Source of the DNA: Mobula hypostoma
Lineage: Eukaryota
Assembly (NCBI RefSeq): GCF_963921235.1
Contig: NC_086125.1
Span: forward strand, 14,880,001-14,944,000
Length of the DNA stretch: 64,000 nt
Direction: 5' to 3'
Part shown: positions 38,995 through 50,896 of the stretch, in pieces
Layout of the letters: each line of letters begins with the position of its first letter
Numbering within the stretch: the first letter of the stretch is position 1
The notes under the pieces: model-generated
What the model saw: the letters and a program-made list of their open reading frames with translations, nothing else
Told to the model about the DNA's origin: nothing
The model's database searches: none
Position numbers and translations under genes: made by a program

Positions 38995-40539
38995 GTAATG
39001 TCTGCAACATCATAACTCCAAGTACTGATCCATGCTCTAAGCTCATCTGCTTTGTTCATAATACTCATTGCATTAAAATAGACTTATCTCAAACCATTCG
39101 TCTGAGCGTGTCCCTTCTCTGTCTCCTGCCTATCTTCCCTCTCACAGTGACTCCAAGCTTTCTCTATTTGTGAGCCAACCACCTCTTCCTCTGTCTCTTC
39201 AGTTTGGTTCCCACCCCTCTAGCAATTCTAGTTTAAGCTCTCCCCAATTGTCTTTGCAAGCCTCCCCACCAGGATATTGGTGCCTCTGGGATTCAAGTGC
39301 AACAATTCCTTTTTGTACAGTTCACACCTGCCCTAAAAGAGGTCCCAATGATCCAGAAATCTGAATCCCTGCCCTCTGCTCCAATCCCTCAGCCACACAT
39401 CTATCCTCCACCTCATTCTGTTCCTATAATCACTGTCACGTGGCACAGTCAGTGATCCCAAGATTACTGCCTTTGATGTCCTGCTTCTCAACTTCCTTCC
39501 TAACTCCCTATAGTCTATTTTCAGGACATTCTCCCTTTCCTACCTATGTCATTGGCACCAATATGTACCACGACCTCTGGCTGTTCTCCTACCATCCATG
39601 TTTTTTTCCTGCGTCCACGGAATTGCCTGTCTGACCCCCTAACTATAGAGTACCTTATCACTGCTGCCATCCTCTTCCTTTCTCCACCCTTCTGGGCCAC
39701 AGAGGGGTAGAGAGAGGAACAGGTCGGCAGCAGTGACAGGAAAAGGACGACAGATGTTGTTGAGAATGATATGGTGGATGCGGAAGTTCATGAGATTGTA
39801 GCTGAGCACAAGGAGATCCCGTGCCAGGGGAGGATGTGATGAAGGCTGGTGTGCGTGAAATGGAGCAGATATGGGAGAGGGCAACTTTGATAGTGGTGGA
39901 GTGGAAACACAGTTTTCCAAAATAAAAAAGACGTTTCTGATGTCCTGGAAAGGAACACCTCATCCTGAGTATAGATGTAGCCAAGGCAGAGGAATGGAGA
40001 AAAGGGAATAGCATTCTTACAAGTGACTGTTAGGAAGAGATGTGTTCAAGGTAATGTTTGGAATCAGAATTGGATAATTCAGAACACAAGCTGGGATTCC
40101 ACCTACGCAGTTTCAGTTTCTGAACTAGAATTCATTTTCATCTTCAGATCTATTAGTAACAGTGCAGAGTGACTTCTCATTGGCAGGAAATCATGTGTTC
40201 GGACTGTTCTGGGATCTCCTGGGGTAAAGCAATGTGATGAATGCTTAGCCTGTGATCATCTCCTTAACTGATGGTGCTATTAACCTACTGTCAAATGAAA
40301 CAATGAGTCATAATTCATGGTGAATGATGGTGTATCTAGTATGGATTTTACAGGGAGGTGTCAGTGAGAGTGGCAGCAACATTGGGATTTCTACTCATGC
40401 AGCTGTAGAAAGAAATGTCTGATGGGCACTGTTGGAGGTTATCTGCTGCACAACCAGTGGCCCTCGATTATGGAGATCAGGAGAGGTGCCTCTGATTTGC
40501 AATGTGTGCTCACAGTTGAAAGTGGTTGAAAAATTGTCT

Positions 40540-40675
40540 CAGATGCAAGGAGCGTGCTGTACTTCCCAATGATCAGATGCAAGGAGCGTGCTGTACTTCT
40601 CAATGATCAGATGCAAGGAGCGTGCTGTACTTCCCAATGATCAGATGCAAGGAGCGTGCTGTACTTCCCAATGAT
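40540..40675. repeat. 34-bp tandem repeat, 4 copies
   Basis: CAGATGCAAGGAGCGTGCTGTACTTCCCAATGAT x4 with one substitution in copy 2; no spacers. Confidence 0.95.
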
Positions 40676-40729
40676 TTCAATGGATGGGTCTTGTTGGGGG
40701 AACAGTCTGTGAATCTGACTATCTGCCAC

Positions 40730-41165
40730 ATTACCTCTTCCTTTCTCTACCTTACTGCCTTCTCTGTCATCACAACTCCATGCTGCTCTTCAGCTGAAAA
40801 TTTATCTGTAGCTCTACTTTCTACTGTCCTCTCCCAACAGATTTCTTCATTGTTAGCCATTTTCCTCCTCCAGCCATTAGCACCTAGCTTCTCACATCAT
40901 TCCATTTTATCTCCCCTCCCCTATCCACCTACCTCCCGCTCATATGGATTCACCTAACAGCTACTAACTTGTGTTCCTCTCGTTCCCCCGACATTTTTAT
41001 TCGGGCTTCTGCTCTCTTCCTTTCCAGTCTTGATAGAAGGTCTCTGCCTGAAGCAACAATAGTTCATTTCCCTCTATAGATGCTGCCCTTCCTGCTGAGT
41101 CCCTCTGGCATCTTGTGTGTGTTGTTCATGATTTCCAGCATCTGAACAATCCCTTGTGTTTCTGT
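40730..41165 (+). mobile_element. Old Penelope pLTR with decayed hammerhead core
   Basis: CAGTCTTGATAGAAGGTCTCTGCCTGAAGC followed by ATAGATGCTGCC, homologous to 10250-10510. Confidence 0.65.
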
Positions 41166-41384
41166 TGCCCTAATTATTCAATTCACTTAGATACTCATCC
41201 CAACATGATTTGAGTGAAACTGGTCCAAATGAAGAGCTTCCCTTTCCCCATTTCTGGTGCCCATCCCTATGAATTGAAACCCACTTCTCCTACATCAGTC
41301 CCTGAGTCATACACACACCTCTCTGAGCCTATTGACCAGCCTGCATGTAGGTATTCATTAATCCAGCTTCCTTAAGGTTGTCAT

Positions 41385-41930
41385 AGCCAATGGAGGTGGT
41401 GGGAATAAGCTCCCATTATCTAGTAAATGCTCCTAATTGCGTGCACCTCCGATAGTCTCTGACAACCAAGTTAAACTCCTGGCCTTCACATATAGATTAG
41501 TTACTAAGCCCAGAGGAAAATTTCTACTCTCAGGAGAAGGGGCAAAGGTGGGTTACTGGCACCTAAAAATCAGCTGATTCAGGCATATAGGGATTGTCAT
41601 CCATGGTTGTCAGCTCATCTAGGACAAGGAGAACTCAGATCTCAAACTCTGCCGCCTTCTGGCTATACTCATTCATGGGGAAAACTTCCAGAGTAAACTC
41701 TAAGAAAAGATCCGGAGGTGATCCCAAAGGCAGTTGGATGTTGAGTTCAAGGCTGAGTGGCAACTGCTGTGACACTTCTGGTGCCAAACTGTATCAGTCG
41801 CTGCTGTTTCTTTGAATTCATTAGCAGGGTGGAGAGGGTGAATCTGCTGCATGGGCAACAGCTTGCTCTACCAATCGTACTGTCTTGACTTGTGCACTGA
41901 CTTGCATATCACACAGACAGCTAGGATGTG
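41385..41930. mobile_element. Interspersed repeat, probably RTE-derived
   Basis: Recognised only by general resemblance to RTE 5' regions; orientation and family uncertain. Confidence 0.3.
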
Positions 41931-42000
41931 ATATCTAGAAACACACATCAAAGTTGCTGGTGAACGCAGCAGGCCAGGCAGCATCTCTAGGAAGAGGTAC

Positions 42001-42036
42001 AGTCGATGTTTCAGGCCGAGACCCTTCGTCAGGACT
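42001..42036 (-). ncRNA. Hammerhead motif with helix III mismatch (GAAACAUC)
   Basis: Core CUGACGA and GAAA intact; ACGU palindrome broken. Confidence 0.55.
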
Positions 42037-42317
42037 AACTGAAGAAAGAGCTAGTAAGAGATTTAAAAGTGGGAGGGGGAGGGGGAAATCCAAAATGATA
42101 GGAGAAGACAGGAGGGGGAGGGATGGAGCCAAGAGCTGGACAGGTGAACGCAGCCAGTCAGGCAGCATCTCTAGGAAGAGGTACAGTCGAAGTTTCTGGC
42201 CGGTTCAGACCTGTCCAGCTCTTGGCTCCATCCCTCCCCCTCCTGTCTTCTCCTATCATTTTGGATCTCCCCCTCCCCCTCCCACTTTCAAATCTCTTAC
42301 TAGCTCTTCCTTCAGTT

Positions 42318-42353
42318 AGTCCTGACGAAGGGTCTCGGCCTGAAACGTTGACT
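42318..42353 (+). ncRNA. Hammerhead motif with GUU cleavage triplet
   Basis: AGUC-CUGACGA-AGGGUCUCGGCCU-GAAA-CGUU/GACU. Confidence 0.65.
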
Positions 42354-43778
42354 GCACCTCTTCCTAGAGATGCTGCCTGGCCTTCTGCATTCACCAGCAA
42401 CTTTGATGTGTGTTGCTTGAATTTCCAGCATCTGCAGAATTCCTCGTGTTTACGTTTTATCTAGAGTCGGCCCTGACCAGCAGAGGTCTCAGATGCATAA
42501 ATCCAGATATTATAAAATATTTTAGAGCATTTGATTGCTTTCCAATCTCTAAATTTATGTTTAGATATTTAAGTGTTGAATATCTTAACGGATGTTAGAT
42601 GTTTTTCTTGCTCTAAGATATTCAGAACCAAGATTAGGAAATGGTAGTGGGTTTTGCTCCCTTCAGCCACTGGAGGTTATTTTCAAGGAGGAGTGCAGTT
42701 AACTGTTAACCATGTTATCGTGAGCCTAGTATCATGAATATGTCAAGTAAGGAAAGTAGATTCCACTTCCCCCCACACTCCAAAGCAGATAAGTGAACTA
42801 ATCGTGTCCCTCTGACCACCAATCCTCTACAAGTGGTTGTGCCTGAAAATGTTGAGCAATGGGGACTCTCTGAGAATGAGTGAGCAATTGAGAACCTTTG
42901 GGGAATCATCTGCACGGTTGCCTCCTGGTCCCTACTTGCGAAGAATTCAACGATTCCCTCATCTCCATCAACAGAGTGGTCAGCCTTGCCTGCACTGGGG
43001 ATTGATTCAATAGTGCACTCACCATGTCTGGATTGCTTCGGGGCTGATAGGTCAAGGTAACAGCCAACGGACTGAACAATCCTGACCAGGGTGTGTGAAT
43101 GGAGCTCTGACTGGAGAGGTGCACCTGTCACAGATACACTGGAGAGTATAACGCACTGTATTCCTCGCAATCTGCTGCATTTCTAGGCTTACCACTCTGT
43201 CCTCCAAGAATAAGTGTACGGAAAAGCTGCCTAAACACTTCCAGTGAGGAATGTTGAAGTTCCCATCTTGAGTAGATCCTACACTTTTTCTACTATCAGT
43301 GACTCTTCCAAAAGTTGTTCATTACAGAGCAACTGAGACAGGGCAATAAGTGGTAACCAGGAGTTTCCATTTTCAGTTTGATCTAATGCCATGAAGCTTT
43401 GGAATCAATTTTGAGAAGTCCTAAGGCTTTGTAACATTGGGTCACTAGCTCTTGTGGGTCTGTACTTTTGCAGGAAGAGGCATGTGGTGCTGGGCATGCA
43501 TCCAAAGGCATGAGTCAAAAGCACATTGTTCTGTCTTGGAGGCCTCCAGCCTCCTTAGTGCTGGTGAGTGACTTCAATTTGAGGAAGTTCTGAATACTTC
43601 ATTAGCAACAGCTTTGGACACAAAGGTGCACCTTCGATGGGTAAAACCTTCTGAGGGTAACTTTTACATCTGTGCCCCATCTGATAGTGAACATCTATGT
43701 GGCCACAGGTGTAAAAGCTACCAGTCTGAAAGTATGTACAGGGCAGCATTTTCTGACTCCTCGAGTTTAAGTTATTGA

Positions 43779-44520
43779 GAAGCAAAAATGGTTTACTCTC
43801 ATGAAATCCAGAACATATTTGGAGGTATGTGGCTTTATCCAAAACTGCGGCTGTGCATGAGGAACTGAGACGAGAAGGTGCATATCACTAATTGCCACAT
43901 ATTCTCCAGTATGTTGCAGTTGAGATCATGGTGCTAAGGAGTTATCAAACTCAGAGAGAGTTTCATTCTGACGAACAGGATGGAGGTCACCATCAACTTG
44001 AAAAGTTGAATCCCATTTCACATCGATGGAGGAATGATTATTGAGTATTCTTTTAGTTCCATTGAAGGAGGAATTCACCCCACCTTCAGATGAAGTGAAA
44101 TTAGGAGATGCTGTGATGGAGGTGATAAGATGTTGATGGGGCGGGGGTGGGGGTGAAGGAACAGAGCAATGTTGTTCCTTACCCTAAACTTACCTGAGCA
44201 AATGATATTTGGGTCTGTTGTGTGTAACTGTCTAGAACTTGCAGGAGCTCCACTCCTTGTGCAATTTAATCTGCACCCTGCTGCGGATGAGTTGTTACTT
44301 TGAGGTGATATGTGTTGTTCAGTTTAAATATTCTGGTGTCCACAACAACATTCTGCTCCTCTGTCAGTGCTCCATGCGTAAACCGGGAAAGGATGATTCT
44401 GTATGAAATCTCTCTTGTGGTCTAAATGACATATTCCCTTACATTTTGTATGCGTCTTGTCAAATCAGAAGAGCACCTCAGAGGTAAAATCCCTGCCAGG
44501 TCATCGACAGTCTCCTGCTG
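43779..44520 (+). pseudogene. Truncated lectin paralogue, array unit 1 (promoter, exon 1, intron 1, half TM exon)
   Basis: Colinear matches to the reverse complement of 22280-22980; donor GTGAGT changed to GAGAGT; TM remnant 44469-44520. Confidence 0.75.
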
Positions 44521-45018
44521 TCCAGAAGATTGACTTTCAGCATAAGGTGTATTTATGTCACAAATTAAAAAGTAACCAGTGTAACACTACTGAGGCTTCG
44601 TATGTGATGAGACATGGGTGTGGCAGGGAGTTCGATAGAGTCACGGCCGGTGGGAAGAAACTGTTTCTCTCCTAACAGTGCTTGGCCTAATGCTATGGTA
44701 CCTGTTGCTTAATGGTAGGGGGGTCAAAGAGTTTGTGGGATGGATGGGAGAGATGCTTGACATTGCTAAAGACAGCACCCCTGATAAATATCCTGGATGG
44801 GTGGAAGAGGGACCCTGCTGATTCTCTTAGGAGTCCTTGCAATCCCTTATAGGGCCTTACTAGGTCATATACCATAAATATCAGCATAGTATGTAGTATT
44901 GAGAAAGCGAGAAACTGTAGAATATAAGCCCACATTACCTTGAGTGTGGCAAATCAGGTAGGTGAGGTGACTTGGAAGGTGTATGGGATACTGGCCATTA
45001 ATCAGGTCACTGAATACA

Positions 45019-46288
45019 TAAAGACATAAGAAATAGGAGCAGGAGTCGGCCATCTGGCCTGTCAAAACTGCTCTGCCATTCAATAAGATCATGGCTGATC
45101 TGGCCATGGACAACGCCAGCTACCTGCCTTTTCCCCATAACCCTTAATTTCCCTACTATGCAAAAATCTATTCAACCCTATCTTAAATTTATTTTCTGAG
45201 GTAGTCTTCACTGCTTCATTGGGCTGAGATTTCCGCAGATTTACCACTTTACGGGAAAAGCAGTTCCTCCTCATCTCCATCTTAAACCTACTCCCCTGAA
45301 TCTTGAGGCTATGTACCCTAGTTCCAGTCTCATCTACCAGTGGAGGCAACATTCCTGCCTTTATCTTATCTACCCCTTTCATAATTTTATATGTTTCTAT
45401 AAGATCTCCTCTCATTCTTCTGAATTCCAGCGAGTACCGTCCCAGGCAACTCAATCTGTCTTCATAGTCTAACCCCCTCATCTCTGGAATCAACCTGGTG
45501 AACCTCCTCTGCACCACCTTCAAAGCCAGTATATCCTTCCTCAAGTGAGACCAGAACTGCACGCAGTACTCCAGATGCAGCCTCACCAGTACCCTGTACA
45601 GTTGCAGCATAACCTCCCTATTCTTAAATTTAATCCCTCTACCAATGAACGCCAGCATTCCATTTGCCTTTTTGATAGCCTGCTGCACCTGCAAAACAAC
45701 TTTTTGTGATTCATGCACAAGAACTCCTAAGTCCCTCTGCACAGCAGCGTGCTGCAATTTTTTACCAGTTAAAAATAATCTATTCTCCAGTTTTTCCTTC
45801 CAAGGTGGATGACCTAATATTTACCAACATTTTACTCCATCTGCCAGACCCTTACCCACTCACCTAACCTATCTATATCTTTGCAGACTCTCTGCATCTT
45901 CTACACAATTTGCTTTTCCAATCAATTTAGTATCATCAGCACTTAGATACACTACACTTGGTCCCCTCTTCCAGATGGTTAATGTATATCAGTATATAAT
46001 GTACAGGTGTGGGCTCAGCACTGAACCCTGTGGCATACCGCTCTCCACTGATTGCCAACCAGAGTAACACCCATTTATCTCAACTCTACTTTCTATTAGT
46101 TAACCAATCCTCCATCCATTCTAATACTTCACCCGCAACTCCATACATTCTTATCTTATGGATAAGTCTTTTATGTGGCACCTTATCGACCGCCTTCTGG
46201 AAATCCAAGTAAATAATGCCTATCTGTTCCCCTCTATCCACTACACTCATTATATCCTTAAAGAACTCCAGTAAGTTTGTCAACCTGG
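45019..46288 (-). mobile_element. CR1 3' fragment, private to array unit 1
   Basis: YLDFQKAVDK, LEYCVQFW, RMRGDLIETYK; absent from other units; TACA duplicated at the ends. Confidence 0.92.
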
Positions 46289-47822
46289 TACAGGTTGGGG
46301 TGAGGCTTTATAAATCTTTGTTCAGATTTTATGTAATTATGGTCAGTATGTCACCGTGAGCAGAGGTCGGCATGGTAGCCTAGTGGTCAGCACAACAGTT
46401 TACAGTAACAACGACCCGGGTTCAAATCCCGCAGCTGCCTATAAGGAGTTTGTACATTATCTCTGGATCCAAAGACCTACTGGTTGGTAGGTAAATTGGC
46501 CATTGTAAACATCCTGTGATTAGGCTAGGATGAAATCCGAGGATTACAACGTAGCATGGCTCAAAAGGCTGCTGCTATATCACAATAATAAAAGAAATGA
46601 TGCCTGGGTTAGAGCAATTCATTTATGAATAGAGACCTGAAGCAACATACATATTTTTCCTGGAGAAGATGAGGTTAAAGGATGAAGCACATAATGCTAT
46701 GAACATATAGATAGGGCAGGCTTAGGAAATTTGTACCTATATCAGAGATAGCCCAAACTATATATCTAAGGTAAAGGAGAGGAAATGTAAGGTACATCTG
46801 TTGGGCACCTTTGTCAGAGACTGGTGATTACCTGGAAAACACTGTCTGAGAAAGCTGTTGATGTTGGGCTGCTGACAGCATTTAAGAAATATCCAGATGA
46901 GCATTTGAATCACTAAGGCACAAAGATATTAATAGACCAAGTGCTGCTGGATGGCATTGGTATCTAAAGTCACAGGTCAAGTTGGTTCCATGCTGTATGG
47001 CTCCACGATTCTAAGACAAGCAGCTCATTTACTGAAGTCCCTATTGAGCCCGCAAGGCTGCCCAAAAAGAAGTTCAATAAGCACCAGAGAGACTTGTCTG
47101 AAAGTTGACCCTGAGATAAATAGACTGCTGAACCTGCTCAGCTACATATCATGGCTTGTGACAACTAAGTGGGTGAGATTTGCTTCCTGACGAAGCTTAG
47201 GATAGGAGGAGGTGAAGGAGCAAATTTCTTATGTAGAGAATATTAGTGGGCAGGTGAGTAGCACAGATCTGGGAGGGGGATGAGTCTACCACCATTTTGT
47301 ATGTGATTGCCTCTGTGACCTCAGTTGTGTTCTCATTCTGAGAGGAATTTAAAGAGTAACACCTGTACCTGGCTGAGACACTTAGAGACCCATGTGGTCA
47401 ATTTTCTTTATACCAGGTGCTTTGGCTCTCTGCTCAATTATCATGAGCTTACACTGCAGGACTGTGGACTGAGCTGTTGGCCCTCAGCAGTGGCTAAGGA
47501 TTCTTGTCTAAACTCTTAAGATGCTCTGCTGTCTCAGAGCAGGGTCTGATTCAGAGTGAGGTGAGGGGCTTCTGTAATTACCAATTCCCTCCATCACACC
47601 GAATCATGCCTTTGCTAATTTCAAGCACTCATGATTCCAATGGGTTCAGAGCCTGGCGAATGACTATTGTCAATTATTCCTGGCAAAAGAAGTTCAGCGG
47701 ATCTGCTCTTTAGCTACATTTTCACAGCAGTATCATGGATTCTGGGTGCCATGGCTTTTAGCAAACCCTTTCAAGCTATGTACCATTTTACAGTGACCAG
47801 ATAGTCTGTGGTCATCATGGAC

Positions 47823-47862
47823 CTGATGCCAGCCCCCCAGGCCTGGGTCGACGTAGTAGTAG
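47823..47862 (+). mobile_element. 40-bp extremely truncated retroelement with (GTA)3 tail
   Basis: 10-bp TSD CATCATGGAC (47813-47822 and 47863-47872); empty site in the other units. Confidence 0.75.
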
Positions 47863-48254
47863 CATCATGGACACTGGTTAATCACTGAGAAATGGCTTTG
47901 ACAAATCCCTGAGCAAACACGAAGGCTCTATTGAACAAAACTGTACTGTTGCAAGAAGAGGGCCTACTTATGTTGTTGGGCGTGCATCCAGAGGCAGGGC
48001 TTGAGTGCACTTTGTTCTGTCTCCTTAGTGCTGGTGAGTGACTTCATTTTGAGGAAGTTCTGAATACTTCATTTGCACCAGCTTTGGACACAATGGTGCA
48101 CCTTCAAAGGGTGAACCATTCCCAGGGTAACTTTTACATCTGTGCATCATCTGACAATGAGCATCGATGTGCCAACGGGTGTGAAGCCACCAATCAGAAA
48201 GTATGCGCCGAGCAGCATTTTCTGACTCTTTGGCCCCCATGATAAAGTTCTTGG

Positions 48255-49021
48255 GAAGCAAAAATTGTTTCCTCTCATGAACCCATTTGGAATTTATGAG
48301 AGAAAACCAGAACCTATTTGGAGGTATGTTGGTTTATCCAAAACTGCGGTTGAACATGAGGAACTGAGACTAGAAGGTGCATATCTCTGATTGCCACATG
48401 TTCTCCAATATGCTGCAGTTGAGAACATGGTGCTAAGAAATTATTATCAAACTCAGAGGGAGTTTCATTCTGATGAACAGAATAGAGATCACCATCAACT
48501 TGAAAAGCTGAATCCTGTTTCACATCAGTGGAGGGATGATTATTGAGTATTCTTTTAGTTCCTCGGAAGGAGGAATTAACCCCACCTTCAGATTAAGAGT
48601 TGATATGATGGAAGTGATGAGATGTTGATGGGGCGGTGGGGGGGGGGAGTGGGAGGAAAGGGATAAGGCAATGTTGTTCCTTACGCTGAACTTACCTGAG
48701 CAAATGATATTTGGGTCTGTTGTGTGTAACTGTCTAAAACTTGCAGGAGCTCCACTCGCTGTGCCATTTTAATTTGCACCCTGCTGTGGTTGAGGGTTCT
48801 TTAATTGAAGTGATATGTGTTGTTTAGTTTAAGTATCCTAGTGTCCACAACAATATCCTGCTCCTCTGTCAGTTCTTGACGTGTAAATTGGGAAACGATG
48901 ATTCTGGATCTGTCTTGCGGCCTGAATGACATTTTCCCTTGAATTTTTCATGTGCCCTATCCAATCAGAAGAGCACCTCAGAGATAAAATCCCCCATCAG
49001 GTCATCTACAGTCTCCTGCTG
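48255..49021 (+). pseudogene. Truncated lectin paralogue, array unit 2
   Basis: As unit 1; TM remnant after cAG at 48969 reads EHLRDKIPHQVIYSLLL versus GATGRKLSPRIIYFLLG. Confidence 0.78.
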
Positions 49022-50896
49022 TCCCGATGATTGATTTTTACAGCATAAGGTGTATTTATGTCACAAATTAGAAAGTAACCAGCATAACACTACTGAGGCT
49101 TCGTATGTGATGAGACCTGGGTGTGGCAGGGAGCTCAACACAGTCATGGCCTGTGGGAAGAAACTGTTTCCCTCCTAACAATACTTGGCCTCATGCTATG
49201 GTACCTCTTGCTTAATGGTTAGGGGGTCAAAGAATCTATGGGATGAATGGGAGAGATGTTTGACATTGCTAAAGGCCCTGCATTTGCAGCACTCCTGATA
49301 AATAACTTGGATGGGTGGAAGAGAGACCGTAAATATCAGTATAGCATGTGGTATTGAGAAAAAGAGGGACTGTAATATATAAGTCCACATATCCTTGAAT
49401 GTGGCAATCTAGCAGGTGATGTGTTTTGGGAGGTATATGGTATACTGGCCATTAATCAGGAAACTAAATACAGGTTGTGGTGAGCTTTCATAAAACTTTG
49501 TTCATATTTCATGCATTATTGTCACGATGTCAGTCTGCAGAGGGCAGCATTGTAGCGTAGTGGTGAGCACAATGGGTTTCTGTACCAACGACCCCGGTGC
49601 AATTCCCGCTGTTGCCTGTAAGGTATTTAGATGTTATCTCCATACATTTCATCTCACTGTATAAGGACATATGGGTTAGAAGGCGAATTGGTCATTGTTG
49701 GGACTGAAGGGAGGCAAGGCTCAAAGGCTTCTGTTGTATCTCAATAATAATAAAAAAGTTGCCTAGGAGAGAGTAATTCATTTGTGAATAGAGACCTGAA
49801 GCAACATACCTATTTTTCCTGGAGTAGGTGGTGTGAAAAGATAAGGTACATAATGTTATGAAGCCTATAGATAGCGCAGGCTGTAGAAAACTTACCTATA
49901 TCAGAGAAAGAGAAAATTATATATTTAACGTAAAGGAGAGGAAATGTAGGATGTATCTGTTGGCCATCTTTGTCATCCAGAGAGTACTGAGTGCCTGGAA
50001 TTGACTGCCTGAGAAAGGTGATGATGTTGGGCTGCTGACAGCATTTAAGAAATGTCTAGATGAGCATTTGAATCATGAAGGCACAAAGATGTCAGTGGAG
50101 CAGGTGCTGCTGGATGGCATTGGTAGCTAAGGGCCACAGGTCACAGTTCAAGTTGGTTCCATGGTGTATGGCTCCAGAATCCATGACAAGCAGCTCATTT
50201 CCTGAAGTCTGGATTGAGCCTGTGTGGCTGCCCAAAAGGAAGTTCAATAAGCATCAGAGAGACTTATCTAAATGTTGACCCTGAAATAAGTGGACTGCTA
50301 AAACTGCTCGGCTATGTATCCCGGCCTGTGTGCACTAAGTGGGTGAGATTTGCTTCCTCACGATGTTGGGATAGGAGGAGGTGAAGGAGCAAAGCTCCTG
50401 TGTAGAGATTAGTTTTGGGCAATGCGATAAAACAGATTTGGGAGGGGATGGGTCTAACACCATTTTGCATGTGATTGCCTCTGTGACCTCAGTTGTGTTC
50501 TCATTCTGAGAGGAGTTTAAAGAGTAACACCTGTACCTGGCTGAGACACTCAAGGCCCCACCTGGTCAATTTTCTTTATACCAGGTGCTTTGGCTCTCTG
50601 CTCAATTATCATGAGCTTACACTGCAGGACTGTGGACTGAGCTGTTGGCCCTCAGCAGTAGCTAAGGATTCTTAACCAACTTCTTGAAATGTTCTGCTAT
50701 CTCAGATCAGGGCCTGATTCAGAGTGAGGTGAGGGGCTTCACTAATTACCAATTCTCTCCAACACACGGAGTCATGACCTTGCTAGTGACAAGCACTTAT
50801 GATTCCAATGGGATCAGAGCCTACTTCATGACTATTGTCAATAATTCCTGGAAAATAAGTTTAGGGGATATGCTCTTTAGCTGCCTTTTCACAGCA

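Larger units (their letters stand above)
33378..39750 (-). mobile_element. Host CR1 LINE (33378-34936, 36525-37680, 38995-39750), degraded
   Basis: APE motifs (VVVVGDFNFPNIDW, SDHN), RT (YMDFSKAFDK), 3' tail near 33378; colinear once two nested insertions are removed. Confidence 0.9.
32860..40030 (-). mobile_element. Old Penelope-like element (32860-33377 plus 39751-40030) split by a CR1 nest
   Basis: Degenerate hammerhead/pLTR at 32917-32952; ORF remnant LVLSYNLMNFRIHHIILNN near 39760-39815; CAGATGTT duplicated at 33370-33377 and 39751-39758. Confidence 0.7.
41941..42455. mobile_element. Inverted pair of Penelope pLTRs (arms 41941-42145 and 42209-42413)
   Basis: About 205-bp arms that are near-perfect reverse complements; the 63-bp spacer holds a third partial copy. 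Confidence 0.88.

Noticed and set aside
40540-40675. CRISPR-like 34-bp repeats
   Set aside because: Copies are contiguous with no spacers, the context is eukaryotic, and there are no cas genes.
44185-44200. Antisense consensus donor CAG|GTAAG in all array units
   Set aside because: Inheritance from the ancestral unit is a sufficient explanation, and no consistent acceptor or ORF was found.
47325-47519. Recurring ORF MCSHSER...ELTLQDCGLS as an LRR/NLR fragment
   Set aside because: Only one LRR-like stretch, TTG start, and recurrence is explained by the array.
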